A stretch of 64,000 nucleotides of DNA from an uncultured Desulfatibacillum sp. (GTDB lineage: Bacteria > Desulfobacterota > Desulfobacteria > Desulfobacterales > SpSt-501). A program made the translations under genes and the position numbers. The DNA is taken from the NCBI GenBank assembly GCA_964573635.1, contig CAZNKG010000004.1:1352-65351 (forward strand), in the 5' to 3' direction. Shown here one piece after another: positions 50,747-58,751 of the stretch. Below the pieces are notes generated by a model. It made no database searches and was not told where the DNA came from. It saw only the letters and a list, made by a program, of their open reading frames with translations. Positions within the stretch are counted from its first letter, which is position 1. Every line of letters begins with the position of its first letter.

Positions 50747-52152
50747 GGCGTCCTCCGGCCTCCGGCGGCGAGCGAGCGCGCGACGTTGTAGAGCCCGATC
50801 CAGGCCCCGGCGACGATCAGCACCCCGAGCGCCGCGCGCACGACGTAGTAGGGCTGCAGCTCCGGCAGCGTGCGGTAGAGCGTCTCGCCGTTGTACCAGG
50901 CCTGGCCCTGGATCAGGCCGACAACGGTGAGCACGATGCCGAACCCCGTCGCCCCGATCAGGACGAGCCAGTACTGCAGATCGGCGAGAAAGACGCTGTG
51001 CAGCGGCCGGCCGGTCATCCGCGGCAGGATGAAGTAGAGCCCCCCGAGCGCCGTCACCCCGGCGAAGGCGAGCACCCCGATGTGCGCGTGGCCGACCACC
51101 CAGTTGTTGAAGTGGGTGATGCGCTGGACGTCCGGCAGCGCCATCATCGAACCCTGGATGTTCACGAAGAAGTAGAAGATCGTCCCGGTGAAGACGAACT
51201 TCGCGCCGATGTCGGCGTGGATGTCTCCGAGCCGACCCTTGACCGTGTACCAGATGTTCACCAGGAAGACCATGACGGGGATCACCATGGCGACGCTGTC
51301 GACGATCGAGATGGTCTTCAGCCAGGTGGGCACGGGCACCTGCAGCAGGTGGTGGGTGCCGATGTGGGTGTAGACGATGATGAGCGACCAGAAGCCGAGC
51401 AGCGAGAGCGTGTGGCTGTACAGCGGGCTGCGGGTGGCGATCGGCAGCACGTAGTAGGCGACCCCGAGCGCGAGCGGCGAGAGCAGCAGCCCGAAGACGT
51501 TGTGGCCGTAGAACCACAGCAGGATCGCGTCCGGGATCCCCGCGAGCGCGCCGGTGTCCGGCTTCCAGACGACGTTGCCGAGCAGATAGGTGCAGGCGGT
51601 GAGGACCACCGCGGCCGCGGCGTACCACACCGAGACGTAGAGCACCGGCTCACGCCGCCGGGCGATCGTGCCGAGGAAGTTCGCGATGACCAGCGCGAAG
51701 CTTGCCGCCACCATGAGGTCGACCGCCCAGGGGAGCTCGGCATACTCGCGGCCCTGGCTGAAGCCGAGGGCGATCCCCGCCATGCCGGCGGCGACGGTGG
51801 CGTTCCAGAAAAGGGCGGTGAAGAGCCCGAGCGCCTCGCTGAAAAGCGGGGTGCGCAGCAGCCGCGGCAGGGCGTAGAAGGCCGCGGCGATCAGCCCGGG
51901 GGTGACGAAGCCGAAGAGGACGGCGTTCACGTGCATCGGCCGCATGCGGCCGAAGTGCAGGTATTCGACGTTGGCCAGGAAGTCGGGGGCGATCAGGTAG
52001 GTCGCGGCGAGCAGGCCGAAGCTCGTCGCCGCGGCGAACCAGAAGGCGGCGGTCAGCGCGAAGGCCCGCGCCGTCCGGTCCCTATGGCGGATCTCCGCTG
52101 CGGGCGCGTTCACCGGGCCGCTCCCCGGCGCGTTCCGCCCGCGCTCATCCAT
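50737..52152 (-). CDS. ccoN: cbb3-type cytochrome c oxidase catalytic subunit CcoN
   Basis: Twelve-TM haem-copper oxidase with WFYGHN, HHLL and GHAHIG motifs typical of C-family (cbb3) subunit I. Confidence 0.9.
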   Translation of the reverse strand: MDERGRNAPGSGPVNAPAAEIRHRDRTARAFALTAAFWFAAATSFGLLAATYLIAPDFLANVEYLHFGRMRPMHVNAVLFGFVTPGLIAAAFYALPRLLRTPLFSEALGLFTALFWNATVAAGMAGIALGFSQGREYAELPWAVDLMVAASFALVIANFLGTIARRREPVLYVSVWYAAAAVVLTACTYLLGNVVWKPDTGALAGIPDAILLWFYGHNVFGLLLSPLALGVAYYVLPIATRSPLYSHTLSLLGFWSLIIVYTHIGTHHLLQVPVPTWLKTISIVDSVAMVIPVMVFLVNIWYTVKGRLGDIHADIGAKFVFTGTIFYFFVNIQGSMMALPDVQRITHFNNWVVGHAHIGVLAFAGVTALGGLYFILPRMTGRPLHSVFLADLQYWLVLIGATGFGIVLTVVGLIQGQAWYNGETLYRTLPELQPYYVVRAALGVLIVAGAWIGLYNVARSLAAGGRRTPCA

Positions 52153-52657
52153 GGCAGGCGAGCCAGCAGTCGACGCTGGCCTTCTTGGCGTGGTGGCATT
52201 CGAGGCACTCCCCCATGCGCCAGATCTTCTGCGGCAGCCGGTGGAGGTGTTGCACCTCTCCGTGGCAGGCCGCGCAGTCGACCTTGGCGGCGATGTGCCG
52301 CTGGTGGTTGAAAAAGACGTGCTCGGCGATCGCGTTGACCTTGACCCAGGGGGTCGGCGCGCCGCGGTTGAAATAGTCGTGCTCCTTGCGGATCCAGGGA
52401 TAGTTGGCGATGATGTAATTGTGGCAGTAGAGGCACTTCTCGACCGGCGGCATGCCGGGGAAGTTGGAGATCGCCACGGTGGGGTGGCAGAACTGGCACT
52501 GGATCTCCTTCACCCCGCTGTGGACGTTGTGGCTGAAGGGAATGGGCTGCTCCGGGCCGATGCCGAGCGAGGGCCCGGCGTAGAAGGCGAAGAGGAAAAG
52601 CCCCGTCAGCCCGGCGGCCGCCAGCGCGATCAGGATGGCGGGCAGGTGGCGCCTCAC
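52145..52657 (-). CDS. Membrane-anchored multihaem cytochrome c, ActA-like (four CxxCH plus one terminal CxxxCH)
   Basis: A GTG start with GGAGGTG upstream and a GTGA overlap with the upstream gene. It has CQFCH, CLYCH, CAACH, CLECH and CWLACH. Confidence 0.8.
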   Translation of the reverse strand: MRRHLPAILIALAAAGLTGLFLFAFYAGPSLGIGPEQPIPFSHNVHSGVKEIQCQFCHPTVAISNFPGMPPVEKCLYCHNYIIANYPWIRKEHDYFNRGAPTPWVKVNAIAEHVFFNHQRHIAAKVDCAACHGEVQHLHRLPQKIWRMGECLECHHAKKASVDCWLACHG

Positions 52658-53841
52658 CGCGGCACCTCCGGCCGGCGGGAAGCCGGCGATGCGCCGGCGG
52701 CGGGCGCCGGAAACAGCCGGGGGCAGGCGCCGAGCGTAAAGGTCAGGACGGCGAGCATCAGGCCGAAAAACCCGATGAACACGAGGACCTCGATGGCCCC
52801 GAGCGGCCAGGCGGCGGCCTCCGGGTAGAGCGCCGGGCCGATCAAGAGCAGGTGCTCGAGCCAGATGGCGATGATGACGAGCGCCCCGAGGGCGAGCATC
52901 CACTTGGGCCGGGTCTTGACGCGGCGGTTCAGCAGCACGAGGAAGGGCAGGCCGAAGCCCAGGAGGAAGACCGTCCAGGCGAGCGCCCGCCAGGGGGCGA
53001 GCATCGTGCGCAGAATCACGTAGTGGGTCTCCTCGGGGATGTTGCCGTACCAGATCACCATGAGCTGGACGTAGAGGAAATCGGCCCACAGCAGGCAGAA
53101 GGCGAAGAAGAGCTTGCCGAGGTCATGGAAGCGCTCGGCGGTGAGCGGCCCGCCCGGCCCCTGGCGCAGGGCCACGGCGGCGGCGAGCACGATGAGCGCC
53201 GCGAGCCCGATGTAGAACGCCTTCACGAAATGGTAGGCGCCGAAGAGGGTCGAGACCCAGTGGGGGTCGAGGCTCATGACGAGGTCGAAGCCGATCAGGC
53301 TGAGCACGACCGCGAAGGCGAAGCAGTAGAGCCCGGCCCACACCCGCTGCCGGCGCTCGCGGCGCTGCGCCGCCTCCGGCGGCAGCGCCTGCGCGCCGGG
53401 CGCCGGGCGCCGGGCGGCCAAAAAGGCGAACCCGCAGCCGTACAGCAGCAGGAGCCCGATCCCGTCGCGGGCGGCGAGAAACGGGAGGTTCAGCCACGCC
53501 TCCTGGCCGTGCAGCTCCATGTGCCGCCAGGGGAAGAGATGGTCCCGGCCGAGCAGGAGCACCGGGAACAGCGCGAGCGAGACCGGGAAGAAGCCCGCGA
53601 AGGCCTCGGCGAGCCCCTTCAGGGGCTCGGCCCAGCGGGCGCGGACGACGTGGGTGACGGCGGAGAAAAGCACCGCGCCCTGGGCGGCCGCCGACCAGAG
53701 GAGGAAGTTGACCAGAAAGGCCTGCCAGGCGCGGCCGGGCTCCCGGCCGAAGAGGCCCGCGAGAAAGGCGGCGAGCCCCACGGCGGCGAGCGTAAGCCCC
53801 GTCACGGAAACCGGTCTTCTGGGCGCGCGCGCGTCGTTCAT
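52654..53841 (-). CDS. Polytopic membrane protein, ActF-like (NrfD-related) subunit
   Basis: ATG at 53841 overlaps the stop of the DUF3341-like gene. About 10 hydrophobic segments, positioned after the ActC/ActD-like genes. Confidence 0.65.
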   Translation of the reverse strand: MNDARAPRRPVSVTGLTLAAVGLAAFLAGLFGREPGRAWQAFLVNFLLWSAAAQGAVLFSAVTHVVRARWAEPLKGLAEAFAGFFPVSLALFPVLLLGRDHLFPWRHMELHGQEAWLNLPFLAARDGIGLLLLYGCGFAFLAARRPAPGAQALPPEAAQRRERRQRVWAGLYCFAFAVVLSLIGFDLVMSLDPHWVSTLFGAYHFVKAFYIGLAALIVLAAAVALRQGPGGPLTAERFHDLGKLFFAFCLLWADFLYVQLMVIWYGNIPEETHYVILRTMLAPWRALAWTVFLLGFGLPFLVLLNRRVKTRPKWMLALGALVIIAIWLEHLLLIGPALYPEAAAWPLGAIEVLVFIGFFGLMLAVLTFTLGACPRLFPAPAAGASPASRRPEVPR

Positions 53842-54344
53842 GGAAAGACCCGGACCTCCCCGCCCTTTTTCTGGAAGAAGTCCATGAGCTCCGCCCGGCG
53901 GCCCGCCTCGCAGGCGGCGACGACGGCGAAGTGCTCCCCCGAGCAGCGCGGGTCGTAGAGCGCCTCCCCGCGGAAGTCGGGCAGCCGCGCGCAGCGGAGC
54001 AGGCCGATCACGTTGCCGAAGACCGCAAAGAGGATCGTGAACTCGAAGCCGAGCACCACGAGCGGCACGAGGGCCACGATCGGCTTGCCGCTCACGACCA
54101 GGTTCCACTGCGTCGCGGTGAAGGCGCCCAGCAGAAAGCCGGTGAAGAACCCGAGGACCCCTCCGGCCAGCGTGAACCAGCCGACGGGGCTTTTTTTCAG
54201 CCCGAGGGCCTGGGCGATCTTGCCGCTCGGCACCGGGCCGTGGGCGCGGTGGAAGGCGAAGCCCGCGGGCCCGAGCTCCTGGATGGCCCGCGCCGCCCGG
54301 CCGTCGTCGACGAACAGCCCCATGACGTAGGTGTCAGCGCTCAT
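53838..54344 (-). CDS. DUF3341 / ActD-like membrane subunit
   Basis: The N-terminus YVMGLFVDDGRAARAIQEL and two central TM segments match the ActD/DUF3341 pattern. Confidence 0.7.
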   Translation of the reverse strand: MSADTYVMGLFVDDGRAARAIQELGPAGFAFHRAHGPVPSGKIAQALGLKKSPVGWFTLAGGVLGFFTGFLLGAFTATQWNLVVSGKPIVALVPLVVLGFEFTILFAVFGNVIGLLRCARLPDFRGEALYDPRCSGEHFAVVAACEAGRRAELMDFFQKKGGEVRVFP

Positions 54345-55638
54345 GGCCGGCCTGCTCCTTCATCTCGGTCATCGCGACCGAGGGCAGATGCTTCACGAAG
54401 AGGACGAAGAGAAAGAAGAACAGGCAGAAGCTGCCGACCATGATGCCGTATTCGACCGGCGAGGGGGCGTAGAGCCCCCAGGCGTGCGGGGCGAAATCGT
54501 GCGCCACCCCGCCGACGATGATCACGAAGCGCTCCCACCACATGCCGAAGTTCACCACGAGCGAGATGCCGAAGAGCCAGGGGATGGAGCGCCGCACCCG
54601 TCCGGCGAGGAGCGCGAGCGGCACGAGCACGTTGCAGAGGATCATGAAATAGAGCCCGTAGGCGTACTCCCCGGCGGCGCGCCAGCGGAAGGACTCCCAC
54701 TCGACCGGGTTGTGGCCGTACCAGGCGATGAAGTACTCGGTCGCGTAGGCGAAGCCCACGATCAGGCCGGTCAGGATCATGGTCTTGCCGACGTTTTCCA
54801 GGATCTCGACGGTGATGAGCGCCTCGTAGCGGAAGATGCGGCGCAGCGGGATCATCAAGGTCAGCACCATGGCGAGCCCCGAGTGGATCGCGCCGGCGAC
54901 GAAGTAGGGGGCGAAGATGGTGGTGTGCCACCCCGGGACGATGCCGAGCGCGAAGTCCCAGGAGACGACGCTGTGCACCGAGATGACGAGCGGGGTGGCG
55001 AGCGCGGCGAAGAAGAGGTAGCCGCGGCCGTAGTGGCGCCACTGGTCGTGGGCCCCGGTCCAGCCGAGGGCGAGCGCGGCGAAGATGCGGCGCTTCACCC
55101 CCGTCGAGCGGTCGCGCACGATCGCCAGATCCGGCAGCATCCCGGTGTACCAGAACATCGAGCTCACCGTGAGGTAGGTGCTGATCGCGACGACGTCGAA
55201 CATGAGCGGCGAGATGAAGTTCGGCCACAGCAGCCGCTGGTTGGGCAGCGGCAGCATGTAGTGGACCTGCCAGACCCGGCCCAGGTGGATGAAGGGAAAG
55301 AGCCCCGCCGTGCAGACCGCAAAGACCGTCATGGTCTCGGCGGCCCGGGCGATGGGGTTGCGCCAGCCGGCGCGGAAGAGGTGCAGGATGGCCGAGATCA
55401 GCGTTCCGGAGTGGGCGATCCCGACCCAGAAGACGAAGTTGATGAGATAGGTCCCCCAGGCGACGGGGATGTTCTGGCCGCCCACCCCGATCCCGGTCGC
55501 GATCTGGTAGGCCCAGCAGCCCGCGCCGAGGAGCACGCCGCCGAAGAGCGCCCCGACCAGGACCCAGTACCCCCGGCCCGGCCGCTCGAGGGTGTCGAGC
55601 ACCGTCTGGTCGATCTGGCGGAAGCTCAGCCCGGGCAT
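54334..55638 (-). CDS. NrfD/PsrC-family quinol-interacting membrane subunit, ActC-like (a GTG start at 55704 is also possible)
   Basis: Polytopic protein with the motifs NFVFWVGIAHSGTLISAILH and WHTTIFAPYFVAGAIHSG, typical of NrfD-like proteins. Confidence 0.8.
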   Translation of the reverse strand: MPGLSFRQIDQTVLDTLERPGRGYWVLVGALFGGVLLGAGCWAYQIATGIGVGGQNIPVAWGTYLINFVFWVGIAHSGTLISAILHLFRAGWRNPIARAAETMTVFAVCTAGLFPFIHLGRVWQVHYMLPLPNQRLLWPNFISPLMFDVVAISTYLTVSSMFWYTGMLPDLAIVRDRSTGVKRRIFAALALGWTGAHDQWRHYGRGYLFFAALATPLVISVHSVVSWDFALGIVPGWHTTIFAPYFVAGAIHSGLAMVLTLMIPLRRIFRYEALITVEILENVGKTMILTGLIVGFAYATEYFIAWYGHNPVEWESFRWRAAGEYAYGLYFMILCNVLVPLALLAGRVRRSIPWLFGISLVVNFGMWWERFVIIVGGVAHDFAPHAWGLYAPSPVEYGIMVGSFCLFFFLFVLFVKHLPSVAMTEMKEQAGHER

Positions 55639-55711
55639 GTCGCCCCCGGACCGGCCGCGTGACCGCCGCAACCCTTCTGTCCCGTCATCGGAGTCGTCCC
55701 GCACGCGGTGG

Positions 55712-58648
55712 TCACACCGCGTGCAACACCTTTTTCAGGTAGATCACCGCCGGCTTCGTGTTGAGATGGCCCATCGCCTGGTAGGCCCGCGGCCCCTCCG
55801 CGAGCCGCCGCACCCGGCTGCGCGGATCGCTGAGGTCCCCGAAGACGAGCGCCTCGGTGGGGCAGGTCTGCACGCAGGCCGGCACGACCTCGCCGTCGGC
55901 AATCGGCCGCCCCGCCTGCCGCGCGGCCGTGCGCGCGGCCTTGATGCGCTGGATGCAGAAGGAGCACTTCTCCATGACCCCCTTGCTGCGCACCGACACC
56001 TCCGGGTTGAGCTGCAGGTTCGCCGGCGCGGGCCACTCGGCGTCGAACCAGTTGAAACGCCGCACCTTGTAGGGGCAGTTCTGGGAGCAGAAGCGCGTCC
56101 CGATGCAGCGGTTGTAGATCTGGGTGTTCAGCCCCTCGGCGTTGTGGTGCGGGGCGTAGACCGGGCACACCGATTCGCAGGGGGCGTTGTCGCAGTGCTG
56201 GCAGAGCATCGGCAGAAAGAGGACGCGCGCCATGTCGGCCGCGTCGTGGTAGCGCTCGATGCTCATCCAGGCCATCTCGCGGCCCTGGGCGATGCGCGCC
56301 TCGCCGACCACCGCGATGTTGTTCTCGGCATAGCAGGCCGCCGCGCAGGCGCCGCAGCCGATGCAGCGGTCGAGGTCGACCACCATCCCCCAGCGGCGCC
56401 CCTCGTGCTCGTGCGGGGGGTAGAAGTCGCGCTTCGCGCTGTAGCCCTCGGGAAGCGGAAGCGTGAGCGGAAAGTCGTGCATGCGCAGGCCGCCCTTCGC
56501 CTCCGGCCGGCCCGCGGCGATCTCGCGCGCCCCGATGGTGAGCGCCAAGGCGCGGCCGTGCTGCGTGCGGCTGCCGTCGACGCGGGCGAGCGTAAGGCGC
56601 CGGCCCGTCGCCTGGCAGTCGGCGAGCGCGGCGAAGAAGCTCGGGCCCCCGGCGAGCGGGTCGGCGCCGGGGGGCAGAAGCGTGAGCGGGTTCGCCGCCG
56701 CCGTCTGCCGGTAGCGGGCAAGCGCCGCGCGCCCCTGGCCCATCTCCATCACGAGGACCCCCGGAGCGACCGTCTCGCTCACGACGACCGGGGCCTCCAG
56801 CGCCCCCCAGGCGGAGGCGAGGCGCACGACGTCGCCCGCGGCCGCCCCGCGGGCGGCGGCGGTCTGCGGATGGACGACGGCCGGCGCCTGCCAGGCGACC
56901 CGCGAGAGCGGCTCGGGGATCTCGTTCAGCCAGGAGCGCTCCGCCCCGCGGCCGTCGAAGAGCCGGATCGAGGGGGCGGCGGCGAAGGAGAGCGCCGCGG
57001 CCTCCGGCACGCGCGCGGCCCCGAGGGCGGCCGGCGGCTCGGGGGCGAGAAGCTCCCCCGGGGGGTCCGGAGCCGGGGCCTCGAAAAGCCCCCCGCGCTG
57101 CAGGGCCCGCAGCCAGTCGGCGCGGCCGCCGATCAGCGCCTCGCCCCGCAGGTGCCCGGCCAGAAACTCGCGGTAGTCCCCCGCCGCTGGGGGGGCCTTT
57201 CCCGCGGCCGCCAGGAGAAGGTCCCCGAGGTGCGGGGCGCCGTTGAGGCTCGCCATGGCCGGCTGCAGCGTCCCGACGAGCCCGCTCACCCCCCCGTAGG
57301 CGTCCCAGGTTTCGAGCGGCAGCGCGACCGGCAGAACGAGATCGGCGAGCTGTGCGGTTTCGTCCATGAAATTGCTCAGGCTGACGACGAACAGCCCCGG
57401 CGCGGCGAGGGCCTCCCGGACGCCGCAGGCCGGCGGCAGCGCCTGCGCCGGATTCACGTGGTTCAGGATCAGCAGGTCCGCTCCGCCGCCGGAGAGACGC
57501 TGGAGGAGCTCGAGGAGCTCCGCGCGCCGGGCGCAGACCTCGACCCGGTGGCGGCGGCGGCGGTCGATCCGCGAAAGCTCCGGATCGAGGACGGCGTTCA
57601 GCAGGTTCGCGGCCGCGTGGGCGCGGTAGCCGTTCTCCCCTCCGGCGCCGGTGCCGGGGCCGAGCACGAGCGGCCGGCGGGCCTGCGCCAGCGCCTGGTA
57701 GAGCCCCTCGAAATCGGCCGGCGCCATCCCGGTCGCCCGCAGCACGGCCTCGGGCGCGTAGGCGGCCAGGGCCTTGCCGAGGAACTCCTGCCAGGCCGCC
57801 GGCAGGCGGCGGCCGCGGCCGTGATCGAGCAGGCGCTTGAGCAGCCCCATCGCCGCCGCCGACTCCGCGCCGGGGGCGCAGGCGACCCAGCGATCGGCGT
57901 TCGCCCCGGTCAGCCCCTGGTAGGGGCCGACATGCAGGAAGCGGCCGGAGGCGCCCGCGCCGGCCGCATGCATCGCGGCGAACCCGATGGCGTACTCGAC
58001 GGGCGACAGCCAGGTCTCGAGAAAGTCGGCCCCGAAGGAGACGAGGAGGTCCGCCTCCGCCAGGCGGTAGGAGGGGAGCCCGTCGATGCCGAAGACGTCG
58101 CGGTTCGCCGTCTTGAGGGCCTCGTAGGCGAACGGCTCGAAGACGATCGGCGGCTCCGCGTTCCAGCGCGCGAGCGCCTCCCCGAAAAGCCCGAGGAGCG
58201 GCTCGCCGACCGTCTCGGTGACGAGCACGACCCGCCCCGGCCCCCGGCGGGCGGCGGCGCGGGCCCTGGCGGCCAGAAGCTCCCCGGCCTCGGCGAAGCC
58301 GATCGTCCGGTGGCCGCCGTCGGCCTTGAGCCGGGGGGCGTGCAGCCGCTCGGGATGGTAGACCGCCTGCAGGGCCGCCTGGCCGCGCATGCAGAGCCGG
58401 CCGCGGTTCACGGGATGCAGGGGATTGCCCTCGAGCTTGATCACCCGGCCCTCGCGGTTCTTGGCGAGGATCCCGCACCCGGCGGGGCACTCCCGGCAGA
58501 CCGAGGCGTACCAGGCGGGATTGCCCGTCACCATGTCGTCCGGGGCGTGCACCTGGCTGTGGAGGTGCTTGGGCGATTCGGGGCTGCAGCCGGCCGCGAA
58601 GGCGACGCTGCCGAAGCCGGCAAGCTTGAGGAAACAACGGCGATTCAT
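55712..58648 (-). CDS. Tat-signal molybdopterin-oxidoreductase-like domain fused to a 4x[4Fe-4S] ferredoxin domain, ActB-like
   Basis: MNRRCFLKLAGFGSVAFAAG is a twin-arginine signal. It has an N-terminal CRECPAGCG cluster motif. The C-terminal half has CIGCGAC, CQHCDNAPC, CIGTRFCSQNCP and CVQTCP. Confidence 0.8.
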   Translation of the reverse strand: MNRRCFLKLAGFGSVAFAAGCSPESPKHLHSQVHAPDDMVTGNPAWYASVCRECPAGCGILAKNREGRVIKLEGNPLHPVNRGRLCMRGQAALQAVYHPERLHAPRLKADGGHRTIGFAEAGELLAARARAAARRGPGRVVLVTETVGEPLLGLFGEALARWNAEPPIVFEPFAYEALKTANRDVFGIDGLPSYRLAEADLLVSFGADFLETWLSPVEYAIGFAAMHAAGAGASGRFLHVGPYQGLTGANADRWVACAPGAESAAAMGLLKRLLDHGRGRRLPAAWQEFLGKALAAYAPEAVLRATGMAPADFEGLYQALAQARRPLVLGPGTGAGGENGYRAHAAANLLNAVLDPELSRIDRRRRHRVEVCARRAELLELLQRLSGGGADLLILNHVNPAQALPPACGVREALAAPGLFVVSLSNFMDETAQLADLVLPVALPLETWDAYGGVSGLVGTLQPAMASLNGAPHLGDLLLAAAGKAPPAAGDYREFLAGHLRGEALIGGRADWLRALQRGGLFEAPAPDPPGELLAPEPPAALGAARVPEAAALSFAAAPSIRLFDGRGAERSWLNEIPEPLSRVAWQAPAVVHPQTAAARGAAAGDVVRLASAWGALEAPVVVSETVAPGVLVMEMGQGRAALARYRQTAAANPLTLLPPGADPLAGGPSFFAALADCQATGRRLTLARVDGSRTQHGRALALTIGAREIAAGRPEAKGGLRMHDFPLTLPLPEGYSAKRDFYPPHEHEGRRWGMVVDLDRCIGCGACAAACYAENNIAVVGEARIAQGREMAWMSIERYHDAADMARVLFLPMLCQHCDNAPCESVCPVYAPHHNAEGLNTQIYNRCIGTRFCSQNCPYKVRRFNWFDAEWPAPANLQLNPEVSVRSKGVMEKCSFCIQRIKAARTAARQAGRPIADGEVVPACVQTCPTEALVFGDLSDPRSRVRRLAEGPRAYQAMGHLNTKPAVIYLKKVLHAV

Positions 58649-58751
58649 CGCGAGATCGGGCTCCACCCGAAGGGCTCGGTCGGGACGCCGGCGGCGCTTC
58701 GACCGCAGCGGCATGGGCGTCATTCCCTATAACGGACAAGCGTTTCGGCTG

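Noticed and set aside
55592-58739. Two roughly 1040-codon ORFs (plus strand 55592-58732; minus-strand alternative frame 55626-58739) overlapping the ActB-like gene
   Set aside because: The translations are Arg/Gly/Pro-rich nonsense. The 55712-58648 frame has a Tat signal, a MopB cluster motif and four ferredoxin-type Cys clusters.
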